DNA of 58,567 nucleotides, the filler included, from Bipalium vagum (lineage: Eukaryota), in NCBI GenBank assembly GCA_037834085.1. It is 3 parts of 3 records of this genome, joined end to end, with 100 filler letters (N's around TTAATTAATTAA, not from the genome) between each part and the next. Parts side by side here need not be neighbours in the genome. Positions count along the whole stretch, not along the records: positions 1 to 17,519 come from JBBMKC010062198.1; positions 17,620 to 36,208 come from JBBMKC010024738.1; 1 more part is not named here. One strand, written 5' to 3'. The position numbers and the translations under genes are program-made. This document shows, in pieces, positions 11,201 through 25,327 of this stretch. Every line of letters begins with the position of its first letter. Within the stretch, counting starts at the first letter, position 1. The notes below the pieces were generated by a model. That model had not been told where the DNA came from and searched no databases. It worked only from the letters and a program-made list of their open reading frames with translations.

Positions 11201-14200
11201 TCCATGTATGTGTCTTCGAGACAATCTTTCAAATACTTTACAAAAAGGAAAAATCCAACTAAAAATACAAAAAATAAATCAATAAAATCAAACCTCTTTC
11301 AATATATCTTGTTTAAGACATTGAACAAATGACAAGTCGTTGATTTCGATTGGTTCGGTAATGTCAAAGTCTTCAAGTAAATGATAAATAAGCCCTTGAT
11401 TACAAGAATCTAGTGGAACAGTAGTGTTATCAATGCAGAATGAATTTAATTTCCTTTACTTTCATTGGACAACCAATTGAGAAAAGTCTTTCCATTGGAC
11501 AAATATAAATCTTCTAAAATATTGATAAACATAAAATGTGAGAAAAATTTGTAAACCCCCATTTACCTCCGAATAAAAATGTCAATAACTTTGAAATATA
11601 AGAGCGCTGTTGATTGGCAGTACACAATTTCAATTCGATAGCGATTATTTTTAGAACACATGACTTCTGATTCCAGACAAGTGCTCGTAGTTCTACAATA
11701 GATAATTATAATCAATTAAATCATTTCAATGCCAAACGAACCTGGATATTTCTTCAATATTCCCGTATTAAATGCGAGAAGATCTAATTGGTTGAAAATG
11801 AACTGGTAATTACTTCTAATGAACCTTAGAACAGCGTTGGATGTATGTGTGTTGCTGGCCATCAAGTGCAAGATGCGATAAGCCAAGTTGAGATCGACCA
11901 TATTACCAATGACTACAGGCAGGTAATCCTCGGAAATTTCAGAATCCTTCAACAATGGATCGGATACAAAGTCGGACATGAGTCTTTGAATCAAGTTTAA
12001 TAACGAATGCAGACAAGTTTTCGGAAAATCACCGACGCCAGCTTCCTAAACACAACAATTTCCCAACTGTAAATAATTTTTAGTCTAAACCCTTACTTGA
12101 AGTGATGTCCTCTTCACTGACAGTGCACTGTCACAGACAAATCCCATTAAATATTGTCCGAGATTTGGTGTTGATTGTTGAAGACAATTGATCAAAATCT
12201 TCAACACAAGAGTTCGAGGAGAATTTGTATCTTTGCCATTAAAAAAATCCTTCGTCCACTGTTCATTATCGACATTTTCTACATCCAGATTACAATCTTT
12301 TTCTCCATATTTGTCGATACAAGTCACCATCAGAGGCAACAAATTCAAATCGATTACCTAAAATCAATTTCTTTTTACATTTTAAGCAATTGAAATCAAC
12401 ACTAACGTTGCGATTGGTTAACATCAACAACAAATTACTATGTGGCTGGACAAGTTTCACACAATGGTTGAAAATAGTCAGCGCTTTGCATGCAATATTC
12501 TCCTTCTCATCAACAATCCCAATATACTTTATCAGATTTGAAAAGATTGGCCGAGTGCAATTTGTTGTCACCAGCAATTGACTGAGTTCTTGAGGAATGA
12601 AATTTCTCGTTTTATTAAATCGAAAGTTTCGTCGATTGTAATTGTCATTCTTGCACTGGTTACTGGAAAGTGTAGAATAATTTTGGAAAAGGACAATGAA
12701 ACCAAAACACAACAATCGACTCATACTTGACTTTCGAATTCAATTCCACTAAAAACGATTCGTTTTCCAACACGGTTGCGATGAGATCAAGGGCAAGAAA
12801 TATCGAATTTGTCAACAATTCAACAGCTTCAATTCTAACGGTCTTCGGTCCGAAAGTGACATTATTCAAGAACTCCGTTATTTGTACATAGCCACTATCG
12901 ATAAGGTTGATAATGGCCTTGAAAAATGATGATTCACTCAGCAATTGGGAAATAATAAAAAATCCCGGATCAAACTGACACCACGATATTTTAGTTCTTA
13001 TACTCTTTGTGTTGCTAGTCTTCGACAGAAATGATTCGACACACTTTCCACACAATTTGAGGAAACTTTCACAAATTGCGAACTGGAAATATTAAACACA
13101 TTCAATTAGATAAATTGTTTTAATTTATTTTTAACTATCATAAAAGGAGTTTATAATAGTGATCAATACCTTTTCCTCAATGTTTCGATAGGTTCGATTC
13201 GAATGCTTAACGAAAACAGTCTCCATCACAGTCTGCACCAGTTGAGTCAGATTTTCAGTCATGGCGTACTGATTAGTGATAGCAGAATGCGAAAAGTCCA
13301 TTGGTGGTTGATCATGTAGTGGACTATTGGACAAGATTTGTGGCGTCACAGCCAAAAGAAAATTTAGAAAAGCTCTTGTTATACAAAACTCTTCCAATTT
13401 CGGCTCACTTTCGGTAAGTTCTGCTAAAATCCCTGGACCACTGGTTTCCGAAGAACTGCTGATAACTAGGTGCCATATGTTTTTGGCAGCGGACGTTTTC
13501 TGGCAAAATACAGCCAAACAGTTCAATAATTCTGCTTTCAGTATTTTCGGAATTGCACAAGACAAAAGCAGAACAATGTTTTGTGTCAACATCAATGATT
13601 CATTGTTAACCATGGCATCACAGACTTTTAAATTCTATTTTTATGGAAAATATTTAAGAAAAATAGAAAACGTGTAAATCAATTACGAACCGTGATTGTC
13701 ACTTTTTTTATCAGCTGCAATACAACCAAAAGACCGTCAAGTTCCATTGGATCCATTATTTGTGATTTGTGAGGATTGGCCATCAGATATTTTGCGTACT
13801 GATAGAAACTGTTAGAAAACCAGCTCCATGTTAATTTGTTAGACTGGTTACCTAAAATAAGCAAGTGACATTAAAAATATCAACTTGGCTTTTCAATGAA
13901 TAAACACAAACCGATTTGGTTCCCATTCAGAAGGCTGTAAATGTAAGCAGATATTCGTTCACTGTTACACAATCCCTTGAGCATGAAAATATAATTAATA
14001 AACAGCTCTGCATTTCCTGACAATTCGCCACAATCGCGGATGAATTTAAACAGTGTGGCTTGACGATAAGAATCATTGGATTTAACAACCCAGTTCTTTT
14101 CTTCGAAAATCAATATTGATGGAATATCTGTGCTGCATATGATCTCGTGTGGTGAGAAAAAATCCAGAACGAGCGATTCAAGAAATTCGCTGCTTACTGT

Positions 14201-15955
14201 AGTCGATGATTGATACAAAGTTTGTGGTGACCCATGCAGATGTCCAATAAAGTCAAGAATCGATGAAAAATATGCAACACTTGTTTTTGAGCGCAAGCTC
14301 TCGGTCTTTAAGTCTTTGAGCATTTTTGGCATGTAAATAATGAAATCGGAAACGAAATCGTGAAAGCACTTCATCCATACATTCTAAATAGATTTTTATT
14401 AATTTATTTCACAATTTGTACACAAACCTCTTCTTGAAAGCCTTCTACATTTACTAATTGAGTCATGAAAGAGAAACATTCATATATATTTGAGGATTCA
14501 AAGCTAAATGAATCAGTCTCGAATAAATCATCGTAATCTCCGAAATTCGATGTGGTCTGTAGACCAAAATTAACTGCTTTCTCCTGTTTCAGATGAGTAG
14601 CTTTTTGCAATGATATCATCCATTGAAGGCAGAGCACTTGGTTGAAATTCTCAACAATCGATTTCATTTGAGAATCTTTCAAATGATTCTCTGCGAAATT
14701 AGTCTTCAATATTTCATTCATCGATCGAATATATTCATTGTCAGTTAAAAGCGGATGATTTAGGCCTAATAGAACATAAATCGACGCATTCAAATATTCT
14801 ATATTACCGGTAACAATAGGATTCATGGAATTCAGCAATGTCACTAGTAAATAAAGAAAGCATCTGTCAGCATCTTTCATAATGCATACATGTTCCAACA
14901 GATTTTCGTCGTTCTGAAATCATTTTAAACATTTTAACCATTAGATTTGATAATAATTCTATTGTTTGATAAATAATTTATTGAAAAATCGGTATTGAAA
15001 ATATTAATTATAAAAATAATTACATTATATTTATCTTTGCATTATAATAAAATGTGAATCTTATGTAATCATGAATCTTATAATTAATTAACATAATAAA
15101 ATTTTTTTTAAAAAATCCCAGTTAAAAAATAAGCCTACTTTTATTGAATTTTCATTTTCTAAATAATAATTTCTGACAAATTCTATTACAGATTTTGAAT
15201 AACTTATCGATAAAGGTGCCTTAAATGAATATAACATAATGCACTCAGCTAGTGTATTTTTAATATCCGTATAGATCACATGAAATTGACGTCGATGTTT
15301 TGCATTTCCCAGTGCCTTTTGATTTTCTAACAATTCGATCTCTGATTTCATATTTAATGTTCTCAACTTATTTATTAATTTAGTGAATAATCCATTTTGA
15401 AATAGGCTGTCTGAATACGTTTCTAGAAAGTTTAAAACTTCGATAGCCCGAGGATTTGTAGATGTGATAACTAATTTTGATTGCAATATATTTCTTAAAG
15501 ACTCAACAATGGTCCTCTGAGACATATAATATTTTAATACGGATATCAGTCCACGATTCCCAATCTCTGGATTAGAGGCCATCTCAGCTTCAGCTGTTAA
15601 TAACAACTCAACGGACGTCATTTCATTGAGCTGAAATAAATCGCTTATAATTACTGTTTCTTGAATAAAATCTTGAGTCAATGTAATTTTTTGTGGTAGG
15701 CCAGGTATTTGAATAGGATTTTTATATGACTCCATAACCAAATTTCTATCTGTGGAATTCGGTGCCTGAGATAATATGATCAATTAGAGAAACTTTATTT
15801 AAAATATATCATACATCATTCACCAGAAGATTATTAAATACGTGTTCGTATTTATTCAAAATTTCAATCAAATCCGGTAAAAATTCATAAAAATTCTGAA
15901 TAATAACTCTATCTATTATATTATAAATACTGTTTATTCTAGCATTCATATTCAT
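8224..15955 (-). CDS. NUP205: Nuclear pore complex protein Nup205 (multi-exon)
   Basis: ATG at 15955; IISDLFQLNEMTSVELLLTAE...RGLISVLKY, LKAELL, ESEPKLEEFCITRAFL, DPGFFIISQLLSES, PNLGQYLMGF, LENCCFLLWNH, and C-terminal FSKILIHRLTRIIKLC* match Nup205 as recalled; short GT-AG introns; AATAAA at about 8199-8204. Confidence 0.9.
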
Positions 15956-16054
15956 TTTAAATTATATGAAAAGTTTTGTTTATTTAAACAACCTTTATAT
16001 AAAAATTCTTATTTTAGAGAAGTAAAAATATTTTTCTAAATTTTATTTTAAAAA

Positions 16055-16489
16055 ATGATTTTAAATCTACTTGAGTTTTTCTGTAAATATGGAATTAATG
16101 CAACAAAAAATTTTAATTTAATAGATATTGTTGAAGATTTTGAGATCCCCTCAAAAGTTTTAATGAAAGATGAGATTACTGAAAAAAGAATAAAATCTGA
16201 AAATCTTTTAATTATTAATTATCAAAAGTTAAATCAAAAATGAATACATTGGGTTTGATATTACAACAGTTATTACTTTGGCTCTTATGTTTTACCACCA
16301 GTTGAAGATTTAGAAAAACATGTTAAAGAGTATAATAAATTTGATTTTCAAAGTGAAACTGATTTGGCTTATTGTGAACAATTAACTTTATATGTTTTAT
16401 ACAAATTATTTAATAATATTGATTTTTCTAAAATAATATTTGACATAAAAGACTTGATCGCTACGCTCTTAGAGATAAAGCCTCAATAA
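16055..16489 (+). pseudogene. Polinton/Maverick (adenain-type) cysteine protease remnant
   Basis: One frame with two TGA stops: NFNLIDIVEDFEIP..VLMKDEI..IINYQ..K*IHWV*YYNSYYFGSYVLPP..YNKFDFQS..YCEQLTLYVLYKL, versus the consensus GxHWV..YFDSYGxPP..YN..Q..CG.YCL. Confidence 0.8.
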
Positions 16490-16501
16490 AAATATTTAAA
16501 A

Positions 16502-16745
16502 ATGGATATGAACGAAGTCGGCAAAACCTCCCGAGACAAAATCAAAGTAGTCAAAACTGAAAATAATAATTTTACACATTTTAAAAATCCTTATTTTTAT
16601 AATGATTATAATAATAAAAATAATAAAATAAAAGAAGAAATTACTTTTATTCAAACTGAATCTGAAAATAAATTTTTAAATGTTACTGGTGATGCTATGA
16701 TAGGAATTATAAATATGAATAATAATTAAAATAATAGAATTTTTT
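16502..16745 (+). pseudogene. Small ORF following the Polinton protease, with fiber-like GDxMxGxxNMxxN motif
   Basis: FLNVTGDAMIGIINMNNN; starts 12 nt after the protease stop, same strand, no intron. Confidence 0.45.
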
Positions 16746-17519
16746 ACCGTTCTCGTACTTCCAAAATGAGATTTGTTTTAAATTTTCAATATAATCACTA
16801 CAATTTTTAATCAAAGATTTTTTTTAGTTCTTAAATTTTAATATCTTTATAATTTTTAAATTAAGTTATAACATTATAAATGGAAACTTTTATAGATGAA
16901 ATTCAAGTTATAGCTTCAACAAATAAAAACTTATGCAATATATGCTCATTAGATATTCCAAATAATATTATGGTTCAGAATTAAATAAATCACTCAGATA
17001 GGAATGAAAGAAATTTACCATTTCTGACTGCTTTTTTATGATAGATAGACAAGTGGACTTTTGTAAACGTCTTTTTAAAATGAAACATAAAAAGATATAA
17101 TTTCATGTGATTATGGGGAAAACCAAGCAATATAAACATTTCTTCGATTAAAAAGTCTGTGATTGTTTGCAGTGCGATGGAAAAATTGTTGATTGTAGAG
17201 AAGCATTGGTGATCCGTGTATAGCGTTTGGAGTACTTTGTTTGAAATCTAAATCGAACCATCATTCTTTATCTTTTCCTTATTATTTGGGATTATGGCCT
17301 TTTTATATCTTGGGAATACTACAATCAAAATGTTTTTCACCCACTCAAAAGTATCCCGATCACAGTGTTGCTATATGGGATTCATGAAGAAACCAAATAT
17401 TGTCCTGTTTATTGGTCGATTTATGTCCGACTCTTTTCAATGTTTGTTGGGATCCATAGAAAAAGAGGTCCCAGCACCAACCAGCAACAATTCTAAACCA
17501 AAAGAGCAAGAGCTTATGG

Positions 17520-17619
17520 NNNNNNNNNNNNNNNNNNNNNNNNNNNNNNNNNNNNNNNNNNNNTTAATTAATTAANNNNNNNNNNNNNNNNNNNNNNNNN
17601 NNNNNNNNNNNNNNNNNNN
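17520..17619. other. Assembly gap with TTAATTAATTAA spacer
   Basis: N-run / ttaattaattaa / N-run, 100 bp. Confidence 0.98.
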
Positions 17620-18814
17620 AAAATTATTCATAAGAATTCGAAATTCTACAGCATTAACTTTCCCTTTTCGCACAACACAATTCAAAGAATGATCTAAAAC
17701 TTTACTCGTTCTGCTTAATTCGCTAATACGTGTTCTGAAGTGACGCATATATTTATCCTTCATCATCCGCATATTGATTGTTTTTAATTTAACATTTATA
17801 TATTAGGAAATATGTTGATCTGTGGTAAAAAAATTGATTCATTTTTCATTGCTGAAAAAAAATCATTAATTTCCAAAATATTTGGTAACGTTTTGATTAT
17901 TCTAGATTATGAAATTACAAATTTTGAATGAATTAAATACTTTATTTTTTAAAAAGTTAATTGTTTCCAGAGATTTAAATATTACCTTAAAACAAACGGT
18001 AAATTCAACAGTTTATTTATTTATATTCTCATCCTCATTTAAATGTGGGTTAATTCAACAGTAACATTACATTTTAGTGTAATACAAAATGAGTATAAAA
18101 AATTAACGATTTTGTATCGAAGGGTGATGGAATCAGTGCAATGAGCCAAAGTGGGCAATACTGAAAAAGTTTGGAAAATGATGCTGTAAACTATTTATTC
18201 TGTATTTTTAGGAGAGGAAAAAACAGAATGAAGAACTTTCATTTTTAAACTAAAATATAAATTATCTTTTCCATGACGTGAGCAAGCACCACATTTTTTC
18301 CAAACTTCATAAAATCACACAGTACCATAAAATTTCAAAAAATATATTTCAAACTGTAATTTAAAAAATCGAAAAATCAATTGATATATCATTCAATCAA
18401 TAAATGAAAATGGAAATTATTTTCTTTATAAGGCACGGCAATAATTCAAATCATAAACAATATGAAATTTCATAAAAATCATTAAGCCATCAACCAAAGA
18501 TCTCGAAAAATAATAATCATATCACAAAACACATTATTCCACTGGACCACATGATCGTTGTTCTACGAAACCAGAAAATACATAACAGCAACACTCTAAT
18601 AGTAGAAGATATTTCTGCATCTCATAGAATGTCGCCTATAGCAGCGACCCAGACAAACGAAGACACACTCACCGTCACATACATTTTCTTCACTCATTTA
18701 ACTGAGTCATTGACATCGTTATAATAATATTTCCTACCTACCGCAACCAATCACAGTCGACATTTAAACAAAGAAAATATCAAAACTATAAGTTGAAAAA
18801 TAATAAAAGCTAAC

Positions 18815-19384
18815 CATTTTCCACAAAAGTTTTACGAGATAAGACACTTCCTAAGTCATTGGTGGCTTTGCAATAATATACATCTGGGTCAGATTGCTAT
18901 TTATAAATTTTTAATAAATATATAAAATTATTATATCTGAAAAATAAATCTCCTTACAGTTACAGTAACATCTAAATTTCCATCTTGGTGAACTGTATAT
19001 TTTTCCCCGTCAATAATTTCTGTGAAATTATCTTTATGAAAACTCCCAACATACCATTTATATGTTGGAGGTGGATTACCGCCGGCTTTACACATTAAAC
19101 GGGGAATTTCATCAGTAAAGCGTACTGAATATGGAAAATCTTTCACTATGTATGGTGGTTGCAATGAATCACTCTGTGATATCTCTCGTTTAATTCGTAA
19201 ATTATTAGAGTAAAATCTTGATAATCTCGGATAAATATCATTATTAACTAAATCGATTTACGGTAGTTAAATTAAAATATAAAAAAACATCAGTAAACTC
19301 ACAACAATCTACGTAAACATTTCCAAAAAAATTATTTATTCCACAAATTAGAATCAAAATGTACAATTTATTAAGCATAATCAT
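18815..19384 (-). CDS. 5' exons of an Ig-domain cell-adhesion protein (L1/neuroglian/contactin-like); partial
   Basis: Signal exon MIMLNKLYILILICGIN; exon with RIKR...QPPYIVKD...LMCKAGGNPPPTYKW...DGNLDV; next exon DPDVYYCKATNDLGSVLS; downstream exons not resolved. Confidence 0.8.
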
Positions 19385-19759
19385 TTGCAAAACTGTTATT
19401 TTTAATTTTTCTAAAAATCAATAACATTTATTTATATAATCAATTTAGTGAAGCATTAAATTAAGAACAAGATATGATAGACATTACAAGTTTAAGAAAT
19501 TAATTATAATTTTCAAATGTAATAATAATATTTATAAAATTAGATTAAAAAGTGCAATATATTAACAGATTTAAACAACTTCTTTGAAAATAAAAATAAT
19601 TCAAATGTTATAATTTTTTGATTTCATTTTTTAAAAAATTAGTTTGAACTAAAAAGTTTAAATATTTTATTTTAGAAAAAAGGAATTAAAAAATATGTTA
19701 AAATATATCATGAAATATAAATATCGATATATTTTTTTAGTAAATATTACACTGATTTA

Positions 19760-20971
19760 CAGGGTTTTGCAAAGTTATAGTTACATCATTTCATAGTTAT
19801 ATTTACATTAAATTATTTCGTATGTAAAATAATAAAAAAAAATTAACTGAAAACTTATTTTACGATATTAATTATTACAAAATTAAACAAAATCTTTTCT
19901 TTGCCTAGTTAATTCTATCCATTCTAACATATGACGAAAAAAATCCCCCACATTCTGTACTATAGTCACTTGAAAGCACAATATATTCAATCTTTGTTCA
20001 ACGGTTTGATTATTTACTTCCAAGGATGCGAACCTTGATTTCACCATACTAAAGAGTTCCTCAAATGGGTTCAATTGAGGTGAGTAAGGTGGTAAAAATT
20101 TATGCGGAATTCCATTGCTTCTGAGTAGATTTAGAACATTTTTTGAGTTTTCCATAATCAACAATTTCTGTTAACCTTTTCTAAAATAATCAGTTGGTTT
20201 ATCTAAAATAAATTGCTGGAATGACACACCATTATAAGCACCATAACGTATTTCAAACCCAACTATACCTTTAAAATCAATAGCGCACATGCAACTAGTG
20301 TTCCTTCTTCTATTTGCAGGTACAGTTTCAAAAGCCTTTGTATTACTTGCTGAATATCCATATGCACGTTTAAGGTGCTGATTAAAGCCGGTTTCGTTCA
20401 AAAACACCAGGTCCTGAATATTATAGGCTGAAATACTGGTTGCATAATGACATCTTAAGTCAATGTTCGCTGTCGTATTACGCTCTATGGGGATAATGGA
20501 TATTCTTTTTCTTGTAATTTTTTGCTCGTCACAAATTGTCGAGAGTAACATTTTCAAGTTTATTTTTTCAAAAATTTCACTCTGTATGTCCTTTAACGTT
20601 ACTGCATTGTAACACAATACAAAATTCGTCATAATTTGTTCCTCAATTTTTGGCTCTTTTATCATTGCTAGTGATTTCTCTACACGTTTTGTTTTATAAG
20701 ATTTAAATAAAACTCCGTTTTTAATGTTTTGACGAATTCGGGAAATCCAATCTTGTTAATCCAATATATTCAGCAATCTGATTGATAGTCATATTTTCAT
20801 TATCTAACATGCTTTTTACGACGTCATGTAATTCTTCAGTAACACTTTTGCGAACTTTTCTATACATTGGTTTAGTATTATTCATATTTTATCAAAACAA
20901 TAAATGAAATTTGATATATCTAAACAAAAAATACTTTTGAAATGATGTAAATATAACTTTGAAAAACCCTG
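19760..20971 (-). mobile_element. IS630/Tc1-family DNA transposon, defective
   Basis: About 34-bp TIRs cagggttttgcaaagttatagttacatcatttca (2 mismatches) flanked by TA; transposase motifs VFLNETGFN, LIMEN, LPPYSPQLNPFEELFS. Confidence 0.93.
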
Positions 20972-21554
20972 TAATTGTCCACATATTCTGCGTTGATGTA
21001 CTATTGATTACATATTTTATTTTATAATTTTATAAAATATAAAGTAATTTTAAATTTACTGAGCTGTCAGGAGGATCTGAGACACGCTTCTACGAAATAT
21101 TTTGAATATTAAAATTATTTATTTTACAATTTTGTTTACATCTTCCTTTAAATAATATTTTTATTTTTATTTTCGCATAGAGAAAATATTGTCACTAATT
21201 TTATAGTATAGTAATTTTAATAATAATCAGTTGAACTTATCTGGTTCACTGCCTTTTAATATTGTTAGGTTCTACGATAATCCTACGAGTAAATCAAAAT
21301 ACGTATAACAATAATAAAATTTATTAACCTTAAATTCAGAATCTCGAAAATGACATTATTAGATCACAATCAATAGTCAGTATCCCTCTGAATCGCACTC
21401 ACAATATGTTTATACTCCGCTAGGATAACACCAGATTCTTTTCATATGTATTTTTATCAACTACTCAAAATTCTTCAAAAGTAACTGAAGTCTTTCTGAC
21501 TTCTTTTCAATCAATTAGTTAGTTGAAACTGTAAACAAAAAACAAAACCCAAAA

Positions 21555-22265
21555 ATACTTGTGGTCCGTTACGAGAGGCCTCGGGACGGAAAAAGTATAT
21601 TCTGGGAATCATAGATCAGTATAGTAAGTATATTTCTTTGACTTCATTATCTTCACAGGACGAACAAACTGTGACTAAAGCTATATTAAATCAGTAGATT
21701 TTGAGATTCGGTAGCCCAAGAACCATCAATGTGGACCACGGGAAAAAATTTGACTCAGAAGGAATGCGAGAATTTGCAAAACGCATAGGTGCAGAAATGA
21801 AATATTCTAGCCATTATCATCACAATACAAATGGCCAGATCGAGAGACAATTAAGAACCGTCAGAGAACTTACAAACATCACATTGGCTGAAAGTAAGAA
21901 ATCGGATTGGGTAGAGATACTACCGGAGATTGAATTCGCTTTAAATGCCACAGTACAGAGTTCAATCGGAACTAGCCCAACAGAATTGGTATTCGGCAGA
22001 AAAATCATTAGAGATGGATGGTCAAGCATTCACAACCTGTCAGTTCAAGGCCAGAAATATCCATCAATCCTCACTAAAATGAAGTTCGAAGTAGGAGATA
22101 AAGTCCTGGTAAAAGTGGAAGTTCGAAACAAAGGCCATGAGAGATTTATGGGACCATATATAGTGGCACAGAAAATACACGATCGACGATATATCCTGGA
22201 AGATAAAGAAGGACGAAAACTGGAACGGAATGTCGAAAGCTAAAAAATTCTTAACAGCGGGGGTA
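21555..22265 (+). mobile_element. Gypsy integrase 3' fragment (different family from the element at 1-7690)
   Basis: YILGIIDQYSKY, RFGSPRTINVDHG, NGQIER, FEVGDKVLV, GPYIV, followed by a purine/G run at about 22254-22263. Confidence 0.9.
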
Positions 22266-22445
22266 TAAGGAAAATCAATGTCTTCGTGAATTTGTAATTA
22301 ATATATATATTATTAATTACGAATAAAATTTAAAAGGATTTGTTTGAATTAACAAATTTAAGTGGAAATTCAGTTTTCAAATTTGTGTCTAATAAATGCC
22401 TAAAGAAGAGTTTGATTGTTTTTACAATGATAAAATTTAATTAGA

Positions 22446-23302
22446 ATGGGAAAATTAAATAATAATCAGAAAAAAAAATACTGAAAAACTATTACAAAAA
22501 AGTCATCACAAAGAAAATTGGCTGCGAAATCTGATTTTACCAAGACAGCTATACAGAAAATATGGTCTGAAAAGATTTGATTAATTTGCAAAACCGAAGT
22601 CAGGGAAAAGGTAAAAGGTTTCATTGGAAAGGTAAAATTTTCAATTTAGAAATAGAAAATAGTGTGCTTGATATGTTTGACAGGTTAAGAAGCCAAGGCA
22701 TTCCGGTATCTGGTCCGATGACAAAAATCTTTGCTTTAAAAGTTCCTAATGGTCTTCATATTAACAATTTTAAGACTTTCTCTGGTTGGTTGTAGAAATT
22801 AAAGGCAAGAAAGTCTATAACAATATTGGATGCCATAATGTGGTCTAAGATTGCATTAGATCAGATAGCTATAACTAGCATAACGAAATGTTTTGAAACA
22901 ATACTAAATTTATATGATCGGGATTCGAAACAAGAACTTGTCAGAATTGAAACTGAAGATTGCTACAACATTATTGAACATGAAATAAATGATGTTATTC
23001 ATGATCTACAAGCATCCAATAAAGAAGAAATAAACAGTTCTGATGAAGATACAAGTTCGATTCAAAAAGATGATATTTATCGAATTTTGTATGATTTAAA
23101 AAAATATGCTACTGAATACTGCCCTGATAATTTAAACGACATTTACATGCTGGAAAATACGCTCATGCAGTCAGTCAATCCACCAAATGAAAATATGTCG
23201 TAAAATAAATGTTTATTTTTCTTTCCATTTTTTCAGAAAAGTGACCACCTCTCAAAATGTTACCAGTAATTAAAAAATGTTCACTTTTGAGAGGTCCCAC
23301 TG
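22446..23302 (+). mobile_element. pogo/Tigger-like transposon remnant, internally deleted
   Basis: CENP-B-type HTH LRSQGIPVSGPM...FKTFSGWL; C-terminal ILDAIMWSKIALDQI..ITKCF; right end ...gaggtcccactg|ta. Confidence 0.8.
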
Positions 23303-23354
23303 TAGTTTCAAACAGATTTAAATATATAAATTTATAAATACTATTTCCTTTCTA

Positions 23355-24205
23355 GGATGTAGTAGAGAAAAAATTTTTTTACTGCCCCACATGTATGACA
23401 TGTGCAGTGAGATCTTTGAATATTTTATATGTACGTCTTTTTCATGGATAACTTAATTGCGTCAATAAAAGCAAAATGAGTTAAAAATAAACAATGGCAG
23501 CGACTTTTTTCATTGCTAATTATAACACATTGGGGAAATTGGTTGGAGACATCTTTATTTTACACTCAAAATCTTCCAGAAGTTAGAGACAGTAAAAACT
23601 TTTGAAGGGAATGGTATATTAGTGACGAAGTCTAAAAAATCAATCATGCAAACTTAATTAGACCAAAATCTTTTACTCAAGAAATTGTTACTATCAGTTA
23701 GTGTCATTAGTTAGTAATTAATAATTACTCAATCTGGAAATGTCTTATTTCAATTAAAACAATCTTCAATATTTTAAAATGTCCTTCCTTTGAAGAAGAC
23801 CCTTGTGAACTGAAAAATTATACTGAAAAGATGTTACAGAAAAACGAAATAAAGGCAATTATGGAATTATATCGAAATGACATTTCCACAGAACTTTATG
23901 ATATACTTCAAAATGCCAGCGGAGTACGTCAGCTGTCGAAAGAAATTTTTCTTCGCCTAAAAAGCTTTTATGTAATGATAGACAATTCAAAAAAGAAAAT
24001 ATTAAGCAATATTTTGTTAAGTATGTGAACAAAGGTAATGATTTTCTTGAAATAAATGTTGTTATTATTTTGATTATATTTTTTTATTTTAAAGTCAATT
24101 TTTGTATGTTTAAGGTCAATATAGCCAATTTTGTATATGATTTTCGTCAATTTTTTCAGTCAATTTACATAATTTTTCGGTCAATTTCGTTGTGACCATA
24201 GTGAT
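23355..24205 (+). mobile_element. hAT-like transposase remnant with subterminal GTCAAT repeats
   Basis: THWGNWLETSLFY resembles the TRWGTWL motif; five GTCAAT copies plus a variant at about 24090-24190. Confidence 0.55.
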
Positions 24206-25327
24206 CACACTTATTGATCCTATTGCATTTTCTTAATGTAGATCGATTGAAGATACATATCTTGGAAACTTTATGTAATCAGATCCCGTTCCATGCCAGC
24301 AAGACTTGTTGCATAAATTATTAAAAACTAAATTAGTATTTTGTTATGTTTATTCTATTGCAATTAGATCTCTATGTTGCAAATAAAGAAATCTTTTAAC
24401 TAATACATGTTTTTATCATCATAATTTTTTTACATCTTGTCCCTCTTGGTCGGTATTCACAAAAAAATAAATAATAATAATAATATAATCTACAATAACT
24501 ACCTTTCTAATTGTAGCCATGGGTGGCTTCCTGAACATTTGATTTCGACCTCTGAGTATTTCGAGCGTGGTCTAATCTCGTGGAATTGGTTTTAATTAAT
24601 TAATTAATTGCTATTGTAAAAATGTCCTCTATCATATTTCAAATTAGTTTTTTTTAATTCAGTTTAATAATTATTATTTAGAAATAAGACAAAACAATTC
24701 CTTAGCTTAAACTACAAAATTATTTTATAATAATTTAAAAAGATCATTAAAACCACAAAAACAAAATAAACATTTAGAAATATTAACTGGGTATTCATCA
24801 GGTTTTTTAACTAGTCGGTGAGTTTCAATTTTATGATGGAAAGAATTGGGATAATATAACTATAGGCATATAGACCATGCCAGTCTAGTTTAAAGTTGTT
24901 TTGAATAATCCAAAACATTTTAAAAAATGTTTTAATTTGAAAAATTTAAGACTTTTAAGAGCAAGTAAAAAATTTCAAAAATATTACCATTGATTGATGA
25001 GAATATATTTTTCACGAAATAAGGATAAATAATTTATTAAAGAAAATAAAAAATAAATTATGCGTGATTATCTCAGTAAAAACAAAATAAAAATTGCATA
25101 CAGCAATTTTCATGCTATATTTTCAAAGATGTTATTCATATTTGATTATCATTCAAAGTTTAATTTATTATACTTTTGTGTTATTCTATTTTCAGAAAAT
25201 TAATTTTCGGTTGGCACATTTTAAAAAATAAACATATTTTTACTATATTTATTTTATTTTATTGTTTTAATACACTGTAATTATCATTTTTACTCTGGCA
25301 GTCGATTACAATATTAATTAAAAGGTC

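Noticed and set aside
8259-15783. Many tandem minus-strand ORFs resembling an operon
   Set aside because: They are exons of one spliced Nup205 gene
16055-16489. In-frame TGA codons as recoding or selenocysteine
   Set aside because: Other consensus residues are also mutated, and one TGA replaces an expected Gly; this is ordinary pseudogene decay
17564-17575. TTAATTAATTAA palindrome between N runs (also at 36253-36264) and ORFs containing X
   Set aside because: Artificial scaffolding spacer; adjacency across these gaps is unverified
24090-24200. Spaced short repeats resembling a CRISPR array
   Set aside because: Only 6-bp units in eukaryotic DNA with no cas genes; fits transposon subterminal repeats
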